Shown: positions 1 to 9,546 of the stretch, in pieces | How the letters are laid out: each line of letters opens with the position of its first letter | How positions within the stretch are numbered: the stretch's first letter is position 1 | From: Gammaproteobacteria bacterium | Lineage (GTDB): Bacteria; Pseudomonadota; Gammaproteobacteria; JBIOEC01 | Assembly: GCA_965279305.1 (NCBI GenBank) | Contig: OZ257143.1 | Location: 360,001-392,000, forward strand | Direction: 5' to 3' | DNA: 32,000 bases | Translations under genes and position numbers: made by a program | Notes under the pieces: generated by a model | Database searches by the model: none | What the model was told of the DNA's origin: nothing | The model's input: the letters and a program-made list of their open reading frames with translations, nothing else

Positions 1-2189
1 AGTCCCACGATTTGCTCTTTAATTTCAGGCTGTAACATACCGGTTAATGCACGTTTAACAGCATCAATCGCTTCGTAAATAATACTGTAATAATGTAAAT
101 CTACACCTTCACGTGCCGCTAATTGACGTGCGGTGGCATCTGCTCTCACGTTAAATCCAATGACAATACCAGAAGACGCTAACGCTAAGTTGATATCTGA
201 TTCGTTAATACCACCTGCACCACTCGCAATAATATTGACTTGCACATCAGAAGTTGATAATTGAGTGAGTGCTTCTGATAATGCTTCTACAGAACCTTGA
301 ACATCGGCTTTTAATACGATATTTAAAGTAGAAATTTGGCCTTCTTTCATTTGCTCTAATAAACCTTCGAGCTTGCTTACACGTTGACGTGCTAATTTCA
401 CATCTCTGAATTTACCTTGTCTGAATAATGCAATTTCACGTGCTTTGCGTTCATCAGCAACTGAAATAACATCGTCACCAGCACTAGGAACACCGGATAA
501 ACCCAAGACTTCTACAGGAGTAGAAGGACCGGCGCTTTCAACCGATTTACCATGCTCATCAAACATGGCTCTGACTTTACCGTATTCTAAACCGCTTAAA
601 ATAATATCGCCTTTATGCAATGTACCTTCTTGTACCAGAATAGTTGCAACAACACCGCGACCTTTGCTTAAGCTTGATTCGATCACTACACCATGAGCAG
701 GACAATCAACAATAGCGGATAATTCCAATACTTCGGCTTGTAATAAAATAGATTCTAATAATTTATCAATGCCTTCTCCGGTTTTGGCAGAGACATTCAC
801 AAACATGCTCTCTCCACCCCAATCTTCGGATAATACATTGTAATTCGCTAATTCTGATTTAACTTTATCAGCATCAGCATCCGGTTTATCAATTTTGTTA
901 ATGGCCACAATAATAGGCACTTTAGCTGCATGGGCGTGCTGAATAGCTTCGATTGTTTGTGGCATCACACCGTCATCAGCCGCGACGACTAAAATAACGA
1001 TATCTGTTGAGTTTGCACCACGTGCACGCATCGCGGTAAATGCCGCGTGACCGGGTGTATCTAAAAAGGTAATTTGGCCGCGAGGCGTTTCTACACGATA
1101 AGCACCAATATGTTGTGTAATTCCGCCCGCTTCACTCGCTGTTACACGTGTACGACGAATATAATCGAGTAATGATGTTTTACCATGATCAACGTGACCC
1201 ATAATAGTAACGACAGGTGAACGAGGTTGTCTTACACCTTGACGCTGCTCTCTATCTGCTACTAATGCATCTTCTAATGCATTTTCTTTAAGTAATACGG
1301 CATGATGCCCCATTTCTTCTACGACAATAGCGGCAATAGATTGCTCAATAATTTGATTAATCGTTACCATGGCGCCTAAATTCATCATCACTTTGATCAC
1401 TTCTGCTGCTTTTACAGCCATTTTCTGTGCTAATTCAGCAACAGAAATAGTTTCAGGAATAGTGATATCACGAATAACAGGCACAACCGGTTTTTCAAAT
1501 GCATGTTGGCTGTCTTTTTCAACTCTACGTTTACGTCTACGTCTGACAACCATATCTTCGTCGCCCATGTTCACAGCGCGATCTTTTAATTCTGCGCGAG
1601 AAATGCGACGTTTACCTTTTAATTCTTGTTCATCTTCAAAACCGCTTCTTCCTTTACGCTTACGTTTATCGTTAGCGTCTGTTACCGCTTCTACGGGTTT
1701 TTTGAATTCTTTTTCTTTGCGATCTTCTTTGTTTTCTGCAGCAGGAGTAGTAGATACTACTACATCTTGAGTGAGATTAGTTTCAGGAGTGATTTCAGGA
1801 AGATCGATTTCTTGTTGAGGTTCTTCTGCTGGCGTTTCAGGCTTAATAACGCGCTTTTTACGTACTTCTACTTTTACGGTTTTACTACCGGCATTGGTAT
1901 TAACTTTAACTGCTTGTGTTACTGTTTGTCGGCGTAAAGTTAAAGGGGTTTTTACCGCTGCAGCCGGTGCACCTTCGGCTCCCGTTTTACCCGATTTAAT
2001 AGGATCGTTTTTATGCTGTTTTAAATAATCGAGTAGCAATTCCTTTTGTCTAGCCGTTAATGATTGTGTGGCATCGTCTACAGTAGGTTCACCTTGTTTA
2101 GCTAATGCTTCATTTAATTGAACAAATAGCTTCTCTGGTGATGCACCTACCGTTTCTGCCAACTTATTTATGCTAATCCCTTTCGACAT
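1..2189 (-). CDS. infB: Translation initiation factor IF-2 (N-terminal ~730 codons; 3' end runs off the window)
   Basis: Absent from the ORF track because it is truncated. My minus-strand translation from the ATG at 2189..2187 gives [21 protein letters not shown]..., then the GTPase motifs [27 protein letters not shown] and AINKIDKP. It lies directly after nusA, as in rimP-nusA-infB operons. Confidence 0.95.
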   Translation of the reverse strand, partial: MSKGISINKLAETVGASPEKLFVQLNEALAKQGEPTVDDATQSLTARQKELLLDYLKQHKNDPIKSGKTGAEGAPAAAVKTPLTLRRQTVTQAVKVNTNAGSKTVKVEVRKKRVIKPETPAEEPQQEIDLPEITPETNLTQDVVVSTTPAAENKEDRKEKEFKKPVEAVTDANDKRKRKGRSGFEDEQELKGKRRISRAELKDRAVNMGDEDMVVRRRRKRRVEKDSQHAFEKPVVPVIRDITIPETISVAELAQKMAVKAAEVIKVMMNLGAMVTINQIIEQSIAAIVVEEMGHHAVLLKENALEDALVADREQRQGVRQPRSPVVTIMGHVDHGKTSLLDYIRRTRVTASEAGGITQHIGAYRVETPRGQITFLDTPGHAAFTAMRARGANSTDIVILVVAADDGVMPQTIEAIQHAHAAKVPIIVAINKIDKPDADADKVKSELANYNVLSEDWGGESMFVNVSAKTGEGIDKLLESILLQAEVLELSAIVDCPAHGVVIESSLSKGRGVVATILVQEGTLHKGDIILSGLEYGKVRAMFDEHGKSVESAGPSTPVEVLGLSGVPSAGDDVISVADERKAREIALFRQGKFRDVKLARQRVSKLEGLLEQMKEGQISTLNIVLKADVQGSVEALSEALTQLSTSDVQVNIIASGAGGINESDINLALASSGIVIGFNVRADATARQLAAREGVDLHYYSIIYEAIDAVKRALTGMLQPEIKEQIVG

Positions 2190-2238
2190 GCTTATCCTCT
2201 AACTTATTCTTAACAATATACAAACTTATTCGACCTGC

Positions 2239-3732
2239 TTATTCAAACCAATGGGCACGTGCTTTCATAATCAATTCCCCAGCACTTTCTTTGGTCATCC
2301 CTTCTATTTCCAATAAATCGGTAATAGCTTGTTCTGCCAAATCTTCTCTGGTAATAATACCTTGATTTGCTAAAGATTGCGCTAACTCAGGGGTCATGCC
2401 TTCTAGCTCAACTAAATCGGTCGCTGGTACGCCATTAGCATCACCGGCGATTGCTTGAGTGAGCAACTGATCACGTGCACGATCTTTTAATGCTTGCGCA
2501 ATTTCTTCATCGAAGTCTTCAATAGCAACCATTTCACTTAATGGAACATAAGCAATTTCTTCTAATGAAGAGAAGCCTTCTTGAACCAATAAAGTCGCTA
2601 ATTCTTCGTCTACTTCTAATTGCTGCATAAATAAGTTCACTAAGCGCTGTGTTTCTTCTTGTGTTTTTTTAGTCGCTTCGTGCTCTGTCATTACGTTCAA
2701 TGTCCAGCCGGTTAATTCGCTAGCCAAACGTACGTTTTGTCCGTTACGGCCAATAGCTTGAGATAATTGTTCTTCAGCAACAGCCACATCCATGGTGTGA
2801 GTATCTTCATCCACCACAATAGAAGCCACTTCAGCGGGTGCCATTGCATTAATAACGAATTGCACAGGATTATCATCCCATACTACGATATCAATACGCT
2901 CGCCGCCTAATTCAGCAGAAACCGCTTGTACACGTGCGCCTCTCATACCTACGCAAGCGCCAACAGGATCAATACGACCATCGTTGGTTTTTACAGCGAT
3001 TTTAGCGCGTACGCCCGGATCACGAGCAGCGCTTTTCACTTCAATCACTTCTTCTGCAATTTCTGGCACTTCAATTTCAAATAATTTAATTAACATTTGT
3101 GGGTGAATACGGCTCACAAATAGTTGAGGACCACGTTTTTCTTGGCGTACTTCATATAAATAAGTACGAACACGATCGCCTACGCGCATTGCTTCACGAG
3201 GTAACATATCTTTACGCTCTAATAACGCTTCTACGTTGTCGCCTAAATCTAATGTTAAGGCTTCACGTGTCACACGTTTTACGGTACCGATGACTAATTC
3301 ACCAATACGATTTCTAAATTGATCTACAATTTTTTGGCGCTCTGCATCACGTACTTTTTGTACGATCACTTGTTTTGCTACTTGTGCAGCAATACGACCA
3401 AATTCTACGGCTTGCATAGGTTCTTCTAAGAATTCGCCTATTTCAAGTTCAGGATTATGTTTTTTAGCGTCTTCCAATGCCATTTGACGATCTTCTTCAA
3501 ATTCTGGCACTTCAGGGTTATCAAATTTCTTTATATCAACCACTTCCCAACGACGGAATGCATGAGAATCACCGGTTTTACGATCGATTTCTACGCGCAC
3601 ATCAATTTCACCGCCATGTAATTTGCGGGTTGCCATTGCAATAGCCGATTCTATGGCTTCAAAGATTACCTCTTTAGGCACGCCTTTTTCATTTGAAACC
3701 GCTTCTGCGACTAATAAAATTTCTTTACTCAT
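2239..3732 (-). CDS. nusA: Transcription termination/antitermination factor NusA
   Basis: 497-aa ORF with an N-terminal [18 protein letters not shown] start, S1/KH-type core ([26 protein letters not shown]) and acidic C-terminal repeats. It sits between rimP and infB. Confidence 0.97.
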   Translation of the reverse strand: MSKEILLVAEAVSNEKGVPKEVIFEAIESAIAMATRKLHGGEIDVRVEIDRKTGDSHAFRRWEVVDIKKFDNPEVPEFEEDRQMALEDAKKHNPELEIGEFLEEPMQAVEFGRIAAQVAKQVIVQKVRDAERQKIVDQFRNRIGELVIGTVKRVTREALTLDLGDNVEALLERKDMLPREAMRVGDRVRTYLYEVRQEKRGPQLFVSRIHPQMLIKLFEIEVPEIAEEVIEVKSAARDPGVRAKIAVKTNDGRIDPVGACVGMRGARVQAVSAELGGERIDIVVWDDNPVQFVINAMAPAEVASIVVDEDTHTMDVAVAEEQLSQAIGRNGQNVRLASELTGWTLNVMTEHEATKKTQEETQRLVNLFMQQLEVDEELATLLVQEGFSSLEEIAYVPLSEMVAIEDFDEEIAQALKDRARDQLLTQAIAGDANGVPATDLVELEGMTPELAQSLANQGIITREDLAEQAITDLLEIEGMTKESAGELIMKARAHWFE

Positions 3733-3745
3733 GATACTTTTCCCC

Positions 3746-4207
3746 CTACCATTTCAACTTAGGCACTAAATGTGCTTTTTCAATTGTGTCAAACGCGAAA
3801 ATACGAGTACACCCTTCTACTTCTAACACTACGTTATTCTCTGCCACTTCTTTAATGAGGCCTACCCACTTCTTTCTTTCATCAACAGGTCTATGCAATT
3901 TTAGTTTAACTTCCTGGCCTGTAAACCTCTGAAAGTCTTCTAGAGAAAACAAGCGGCGATCCAGACCTGGAGAGGATACTTCCACACGGTAATGACCATT
4001 CCAAGGAGACTCTACATCGAATAGAGCGTTTAACTGGCGGCTAATAACGGTGATTTCACCCATGTTTACAGGCTTCAAATCAGCCCCTTCCACATAGATA
4101 CGAAGCAAAGGCATAGAGTCACTAGAGGTCTCTGACCCCACGTAAGCATAACCTAGCCCCTCTACGGTAGCTTTTACTTGCTGTTCTAAATGTGTAGAAA
4201 TCTGCAT
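3746..4207 (-). CDS. rimP: Ribosome maturation factor RimP
   Basis: RimP-like sequence (LRIYVEG..., [11 protein letters not shown]) in the position upstream of nusA. I place the start at the internal ATG 4207 (MQISTHLEQ..., GAAAGG 4 nt upstream), because the track's extension to 4255 runs through a terminator hairpin. Confidence 0.85.
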   Translation of the reverse strand: MQISTHLEQQVKATVEGLGYAYVGSETSSDSMPLLRIYVEGADLKPVNMGEITVISRQLNALFDVESPWNGHYRVEVSSPGLDRRLFSLEDFQRFTGQEVKLKLHRPVDERKKWVGLIKEVAENNVVLEVEGCTRIFAFDTIEKAHLVPKLKW

Positions 4208-4220
4208 AAACCTTTCACAA

Positions 4221-4245
4221 ACAAAAAAGCCCCAAACTGGGGCCC
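4221..4245 (-). terminator. Intrinsic terminator/attenuator hairpin in the rimP leader (also terminates the vapBC read-through)
   Basis: Minus strand reads GCCCC-AGUUU-GGGGC followed by UUUUUUG (stem 4229-4233/4239-4243, U-tract 4223-4228). It lies between a candidate promoter (4304-4332) and the rimP ATG. Confidence 0.6.
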
Positions 4246-4303
4246 TCTCCTTCAACCACCCGGCTTCGTCCTTTGGACAATGCCATCTTTATCGAACCTA
4301 GCT

Positions 4304-4332
4304 ATTATACAAAAAATATACCAAACCAGCAA
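4304..4332 (-). promoter_or_regulatory. Candidate sigma70 promoter of rimP-nusA-infB
   Basis: Minus strand reads TTGCTG-N17-TATAAT (-35 = 4332..4327, -10 = 4309..4304). Confidence 0.45.
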
Positions 4333-4358
4333 GCCGTAACTAAAAAACTAGTTTAGGC

Positions 4359-4745
4359 TCACCAAGCCGTAGCAACAGGATAGAGCTTTATGGTTTCATC
4401 TGGGGTCAATAATGTTAAATTATGTGCTATTGCCTGACAAATTAACATACGATCGAAGGGATCTTTATGGTGTGTAGGTAAATGGATTAGGTGCCGCATT
4501 ACTTCTTCACCTAAAGGCAGAGATTCAATGCGGTGAAGCTCACGCTGCTCTGTAATAAAATCTACAGGAGGCTGAGGAAGAGGTAAGCGATTGAGTTGAT
4601 ATTTCACCACCATTTCCCATACAGAGATACTACTCAAAAAAACTTCATTTTCAGGAGCAGTATAGAGTTTTCGAGCATTATCAGAGAGTTCATCATCCCC
4701 TCTGATAATCCATAAAAAAGTGCAGGTATCCAACAAAAGTTTCAT
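4359..4745 (-). CDS. vapC: PIN-domain type II toxin (VapC family ribonuclease)
   Basis: 128 aa. The N-terminal LLDTCTF, the internal E and the C-terminal DPFDR acidic residues are typical of PIN domains. There is a 4-nt ATGA overlap with the upstream antitoxin ORF. Confidence 0.85.
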   Translation of the reverse strand: MKLLLDTCTFLWIIRGDDELSDNARKLYTAPENEVFLSSISVWEMVVKYQLNRLPLPQPPVDFITEQRELHRIESLPLGEEVMRHLIHLPTHHKDPFDRMLICQAIAHNLTLLTPDETIKLYPVATAW

Positions 4746-4987
4746 GTGTGATCCAAATCAAAGCCCTTAAGAATATCCTCGGGTAGAGGATCAAAAAAAC
4801 TAGGGGGTATATCAAAAGCACTTTTGGCCAACCCTAAAGGTCGTAATTCTGTATAACGTGGGGGAAGAGGATGAATCTCGGCAATGGGTATATTTCTTTT
4901 ACAAATTAACACGGTTTCACCTTGCTCCACTTCCGCCAGGTATTCAGAAAAATGCGTTTTTATCTCATGAACATTAGCTCTTATCAT
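4742..4987 (-). CDS. Phd/YefM-type antitoxin partner of VapC
   Basis: 81 aa. MIRANVHEIKTHFSEYLAEVEQGETVLICKRNIPIAEI matches the Phd/YefM N-terminal fold pattern. It is translationally coupled to the PIN toxin. Confidence 0.8.
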   Translation of the reverse strand: MIRANVHEIKTHFSEYLAEVEQGETVLICKRNIPIAEIHPLPPRYTELRPLGLAKSAFDIPPSFFDPLPEDILKGFDLDHT

Positions 4988-4993
4988 AGTCTA

Positions 4994-5022
4994 ATAGTAG
5001 ACCAAGTATAAGACCAAGTCAA
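4994..5022 (-). promoter_or_regulatory. Candidate TA promoter with direct-repeat operator
   Basis: Minus strand reads TTGACT-N17-TACTAT. The -10 ends 6 nt before the ATG and there is no SD, so the mRNA may be leaderless. The 9-bp direct repeat AGACCAAGT occurs twice on the plus strand (4999-5007, 5011-5019) and overlaps the spacer and -35. Confidence 0.45.
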
Positions 5023-5206
5023 ATTTACTTAGATCAGCCAACTTCTTTCAACTTCTATTCTAAGCTCAAATCAGATGCCCATTCCATAAGAGATCTACCA
5101 TTTATTAAAATAATTTTAAGAAAAATTGCGCTTATAGGGGTTGACTTACTAAGCTATTTATCTGACAATTGACATAATTCTTAGATATCCGTTGCAAAGC
5201 AGTACC

Positions 5207-5884
5207 ATGCAGCATTCAGTTTCCATCGATAAGCTAGCCGATTTCACTATTCATGCATTGAATATGGATCCGTTTGAGCAGCAAAAAATAAGAGAGCAGA
5301 TCGAGCCCTTTTTTATGCCTTTGGGTGTTAAATGCGAGTTTAGCTCTCAGGTTTCTGAGCTTTTGATTCAATTACCAAGCCCACGATGGGGATGCTTAAT
5401 CCTGGATGGCCGTATCCCTTTTTACAATACCTCAGAGCTTTTAGACCTTATTAAAAAGCATGATCCTACCCTCCCCCTTATTTTCCTAGGCGAGCATAAG
5501 GATTTGGAAGTGGCAGTAGAAGTATTAAAAAAAGGTGCTTTTGACTTTTTAGCAAAACCTCTTAGCGAACAACGTTTATTGGATAGTATCAGTTTAGCTT
5601 TACGTAAACGCCAAGAATATCTCGCTGAAAAAACAATATTAGAAGAAACTGAAAAATATTTTTCTTCATTATCAAACCGCGAAAACCAGGTTTTACATCA
5701 TTTATTGGAAGGACAATCGAATAAAAAGATTGGTGATAGCTTATCTATCAGTATTAAAACAGTAGAGCAACATCGTTCCAATATTATGAAAAAAATGCGC
5801 TCTACTTCTCTAGCAAAACTCGTGAAAAAAATCACTCATTATCAATTAAGAAAACAATCAAATCATTCGGTAAATTTATTGTAA
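5207..5884 (+). CDS. LuxR/FixJ (NarL)-family response regulator with atypical receiver domain
   Basis: The C-terminal HTH is LSNRENQVLHHLLEGQSNKKIGDSLSISIKTVEQHRSNIMKKM. The receiver-like N-terminus keeps LILD (the Asp57 equivalent) and AKP (the Lys equivalent). It lacks the acidic DD pair (IHALNMD) and the conserved Thr/Ser (IFLGEH). The start is either TTG 5192 or ATG 5207. Confidence 0.8.
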   Translation: MQHSVSIDKLADFTIHALNMDPFEQQKIREQIEPFFMPLGVKCEFSSQVSELLIQLPSPRWGCLILDGRIPFYNTSELLDLIKKHDPTLPLIFLGEHKDLEVAVEVLKKGAFDFLAKPLSEQRLLDSISLALRKRQEYLAEKTILEETEKYFSSLSNRENQVLHHLLEGQSNKKIGDSLSISIKTVEQHRSNIMKKMRSTSLAKLVKKITHYQLRKQSNHSVNLL

Positions 5885-6697
5885 TGCTTTTTCATGCATC
5901 CATGCAGGGATGGCTTGGCCTTTAAATAACTCTTCTGCTTTCATCACCACTTCAGGCGACTGATAAGAAGCGATGAAATGTATCATGCGTTGATCTTTTT
6001 CTAATTCAGGACGAGTGGCAATAATATTAACATAAGGTGAATCAGCACCTTCGCTCACTAAAGCATCTTTTGTAGGATACAAACCTGCAAGAACCGCATA
6101 ATTTGTGTTAATAGCAGATAAGGCTACATCATCAAGCGAACGCGGCAATTGCGCAGCATCTAATGTAATAATATCAAGTTTTTTAGTGTTCTCAGTAATA
6201 TTTTGAGCCGTTAAACTTTGTTCTGATTTACCCAATTTAATTAAACCGGCTTTTTCTAATAATAATAAAGCGCGTTCTTCATTGCTAGGATCATTAGGGA
6301 TCGCTACTTTCGCGCCTTCAGGAATAGATTCGATATCAGTAAAACGTTTAGAGTAAAGTCCCATAGGATAAATAAACGTTTTTCCTGCTACTACTAAATC
6401 ATAACCTTTAGCGGCTTTTGCTGCATTAAAATACTGCATGGTTTGAAACGCGTTAGCATCTAAAGTGCCATCCGCCAGTGCTGCATTGGGCGTAACATAA
6501 TCTTGGAATTCCACAATTTCAATATCTAATTGGTATTTTCTTTTTGCTATCCCTTTAGCCACTTCCATTAATGCCGTTTCAGGCCCTGCGATGGTTCCTA
6601 TTTTAATTTTATCTTCGGCAGGTTTATCATTATTGCAACCCATTAAAGTCGCTGCTAATACGCTTACTAAACCTAATTGTTTAATCTTATTCCACAT
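5876..6697 (-). CDS. metQ: Methionine ABC transporter substrate-binding lipoprotein MetQ
   Basis: NlpA/MetQ-like sequence. The signal peptide has the lipobox LMGC (MWNKIKQLGLVSVLAATLMGC). I place the start at ATG 6697, which has AGGAG upstream. It lies downstream of metN-metI. Confidence 0.88.
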   Translation of the reverse strand: MWNKIKQLGLVSVLAATLMGCNNDKPAEDKIKIGTIAGPETALMEVAKGIAKRKYQLDIEIVEFQDYVTPNAALADGTLDANAFQTMQYFNAAKAAKGYDLVVAGKTFIYPMGLYSKRFTDIESIPEGAKVAIPNDPSNEERALLLLEKAGLIKLGKSEQSLTAQNITENTKKLDIITLDAAQLPRSLDDVALSAINTNYAVLAGLYPTKDALVSEGADSPYVNIIATRPELEKDQRMIHFIASYQSPEVVMKAEELFKGQAIPAWMHEKALQ

Positions 6698-6726
6698 GTT
6701 TCGGTCTCCTTTTCTATTAAACGCTA

Positions 6727-7368
6727 TCATCTAGTTAATAATCGATGAACTATAAAGTCACCGATCATTTGTAATCCTTGCACCAGCACTATTAAAATAA
6801 TAACGGTGTACAACATGATTTCAACATCAAAACGATTATAGCCGTAATTAATCGCTAATGCTCCCAAACCGCCGCCACCCAACGTTCCTGCCATGGCAGA
6901 ATAACCGACTAATGCAATAAGTGTTATGGTCATACCATTAATAAGGCCGGGCAATGCTTCCGGTAATAATATGCGTGAAATCACTTGTAAAGGAGTAGCT
7001 CCCATTGCTAATCCAGCCTCTACTAAACCATATGACACTTCATTAAAAGCCGATTCTGCTAAACGTGCATAAAAAGGTAATGCACCAATGGCTAAAGGTA
7101 CAATAGCAGCATTCATTCCGATAGAACTGCCCACTATAAAACGTGTGATAGGAATTAATGCAATCATTAAAATAATAAATGGCACAGAGCGAGTAATATT
7201 CACGATAATACTTAATGTATTATGCAGCGCTGGTTTCGCCCAAGGACGCCCTTCTCGGGTGGCATACAACAATGCTCCCAAAGGAAGTCCTCCTAATGCC
7301 GCAATTACACCTGAAACCAATACCATGTATAAGGTTTCAAAGCTTGCTTCAGCTATCATTCCCCACAT
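6727..7368 (-). CDS. metI: Methionine ABC transporter permease MetI
   Basis: 213-aa polytopic membrane protein that aligns by eye with E. coli MetI (…SIPFIILMIALIPITRFIVGSSIG…, MGATPLQVISRILLPEALPGL). Confidence 0.9.
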   Translation of the reverse strand: MWGMIAEASFETLYMVLVSGVIAALGGLPLGALLYATREGRPWAKPALHNTLSIIVNITRSVPFIILMIALIPITRFIVGSSIGMNAAIVPLAIGALPFYARLAESAFNEVSYGLVEAGLAMGATPLQVISRILLPEALPGLINGMTITLIALVGYSAMAGTLGGGGLGALAINYGYNRFDVEIMLYTVIILIVLVQGLQMIGDFIVHRLLTR

Positions 7369-8410
7369 AACCTAACACCTCAGCTATTACTTTATGTTTT
7401 TTAAAAAATTCCATTGCTTTTTTAAGCACTGTTGCTTCATCACTTTCTAAAGTCAACACCATAGTGCCTACGGTATGTTGCTGAATCATTTCCATATGCG
7501 CTTCTAAAATATTCACTTGAATAGAAAATTCTCGCGTAATTTCTGCAATAATGGGTTGTGATGCAGAATCTTCAGCAAAAATTAATCGCAGCATAGGGAA
7601 TTTATTTTTACTGGCTTTCTTTTGCAAACGGGACGTCCAATAATCCGGTAATTCTTCATGAAATGCCGCATGTACTAATTCTTTAGTGAGCTCATGTTGC
7701 GGCCTAGTGAAAATATCAACAATATTTCCTTTTTCTATAATATTCGCATCCGACATTACCACGACTTCATCGCAAAGACGCTTTATCACATCCATTTCAT
7801 GAGTAATCAATAATATGGTTAAACCTAAATCTTTATTAATATCTTTCAACAAAGCTAATATAGATCGGGTAGTGGTTGGGTCTAATGCAGAAGTGGCTTC
7901 GTCACATAATAAAATTTCAGGATCGTTTGCCAAAGCACGTGCTATTGCTACCCGTTGTTTTTGGCCGCCACTTAATTGGGATGGATAAGCATCTTTACGA
8001 TCGGTTAAACCTATTAGTTTTAATAAGTGATTTATTTTTATTTTTATCTTATTTTCAGCTATTTTATTTCCTGAGGCGTGGTTTAATCGCAATGGTAAAG
8101 CAATGTTTTCATAAACCGTATAAGCGGATAATAAATTAAAATGCTGAAATATCATTCCCATTTTCTGGCGAACTTTTCTTAATTCAGCATCGGGTAGTTG
8201 GGTAAGTTCTGTTTTCCCCATCCATACCGTTCCTTCAGAAGGACGCTCCAATAAATTAACGCATCGAATCAATGTACTTTTTCCGGCGCCGCTTTGCCCG
8301 ATCACACCGCAAATTTTTCCAGCTGGCACGTGCAAATTAATATTTTGCAACGCAACTATAGGCTTATTAGCAATAAAATAGGTTTTACTGACATTTTCTA
8401 ATCGGATCAT
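7349..8410 (-). CDS. metN: Methionine ABC transporter ATPase MetN
   Basis: Walker A GQSGAGKST, signature LSGGQKQRVAIARAL, Walker B ILLCDEATSALD, and a C-terminal NIL-type regulatory domain. Confidence 0.92.
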   Translation of the reverse strand: MIRLENVSKTYFIANKPIVALQNINLHVPAGKICGVIGQSGAGKSTLIRCVNLLERPSEGTVWMGKTELTQLPDAELRKVRQKMGMIFQHFNLLSAYTVYENIALPLRLNHASGNKIAENKIKIKINHLLKLIGLTDRKDAYPSQLSGGQKQRVAIARALANDPEILLCDEATSALDPTTTRSILALLKDINKDLGLTILLITHEMDVIKRLCDEVVVMSDANIIEKGNIVDIFTRPQHELTKELVHAAFHEELPDYWTSRLQKKASKNKFPMLRLIFAEDSASQPIIAEITREFSIQVNILEAHMEMIQQHTVGTMVLTLESDEATVLKKAMEFFKKHKVIAEVLGYVGNDS

Positions 8411-8425
8411 AGTGCTATCTCTGGC

Positions 8426-9421
8426 TTATCCTTGTGGCAACAAGGTGGCTAAAATTAATGCTTTTATGGTATGCAAGCGATTTTCGGCTTGCAAAAACAC
8501 TTTAGAATAATCACTGTAAAACACATCTTCAGTTACTTCTAAAGCAGTGATACCGTATTTTTCTTCCAGCATTTTACCTACTTTCGTTTCGGTATTATGC
8601 CAACTGGGCAAGCAATGCAAGAAAATCAGTTTAGGATTTTTCGCCGCTTCTATCATCGCCATATTCACTTGGTAAGGCATCAGTAATTTTATTCTGTCGG
8701 CCAATTGATCTTCCTCACCCATAGACGCCCATACATCAGTATAGACAACATCTGCGTTTTCCATGGCGTTGGCAATATCAGTGGTAGTGCTTATATTAGC
8801 ATTCGATTTTGCTATATCATCTTTTAAGCTGGCCAATAATTCTGGAGCTGGCGCCAATTCTTCAGGCGCTAAAGCCACAAAAGTCATGCCCATTTTAGCA
8901 GCCCCAATCATCAATGTATGTGCCACATTATTACGCGCATCGCCCACATAGACTATTTTAGTTTCATTTAAAGGTTTGTGAGTGCTTTCTCGTATCGTTA
9001 ATAAATCTGCCAATATTTGAGTAGGATGATATTCGTTGGTTAATCCATTCCATACAGGAACACCTGCATATTTGGCTAATGCTTCTACTGTGGATTGTTC
9101 GTGCCCTCGATATTGGATCCCATCATAAAAACGGCCCAATACACGAGCAGTATCTTGTACCGACTCTTTTTCGCCCATATGGCTATCGGTGAGGGTGGTG
9201 ACAGAAGCCCCTTCATCAAAAGCGGCTACTTCAAAAGCACAGCGAGTACGAGTAGAAGGTTTTTCAAATAAAAGGACGATATTTTTTCCGCTTAAGCGCA
9301 TGGGTCGATAATTTTGCTGTTTTTCCTTTTTCAGCCTGTCTGCTGTGCGCAGCAAATAGTCTATTTCGAGTGGGGATAATTCAAGCAAACTGAGCAAGCT
9401 TCGACCATGTAAATGCACCAT
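8426..9421 (-). CDS. argF: Ornithine carbamoyltransferase
   Basis: STRTRCAFE, HPTQILADL, the ornithine-site DVWASMG and HCLP motifs; 331 aa. Confidence 0.9.
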   Translation of the reverse strand: MVHLHGRSLLSLLELSPLEIDYLLRTADRLKKEKQQNYRPMRLSGKNIVLLFEKPSTRTRCAFEVAAFDEGASVTTLTDSHMGEKESVQDTARVLGRFYDGIQYRGHEQSTVEALAKYAGVPVWNGLTNEYHPTQILADLLTIRESTHKPLNETKIVYVGDARNNVAHTLMIGAAKMGMTFVALAPEELAPAPELLASLKDDIAKSNANISTTTDIANAMENADVVYTDVWASMGEEDQLADRIKLLMPYQVNMAMIEAAKNPKLIFLHCLPSWHNTETKVGKMLEEKYGITALEVTEDVFYSDYSKVFLQAENRLHTIKALILATLLPQG

Positions 9422-9546
9422 AAAGCCTCATATACCTAATAATTAAATGGTAATAATGAAACGGCATAGCATAGCACATAACTTGCCTTTAGTAGGTTTT
9501 TTTGGTACATTCTTGGAAGACCAACTAGATCAGCAGGGGCCTATTT

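Noticed and set aside
445-1937. Plus-strand ORFs 445-696, 1369-1770 and 1626-1937
   Set aside because: They lie antisense inside infB, whose minus-strand translation shows unambiguous IF-2 GTPase motifs. Their products are low-complexity shadow-frame sequence.
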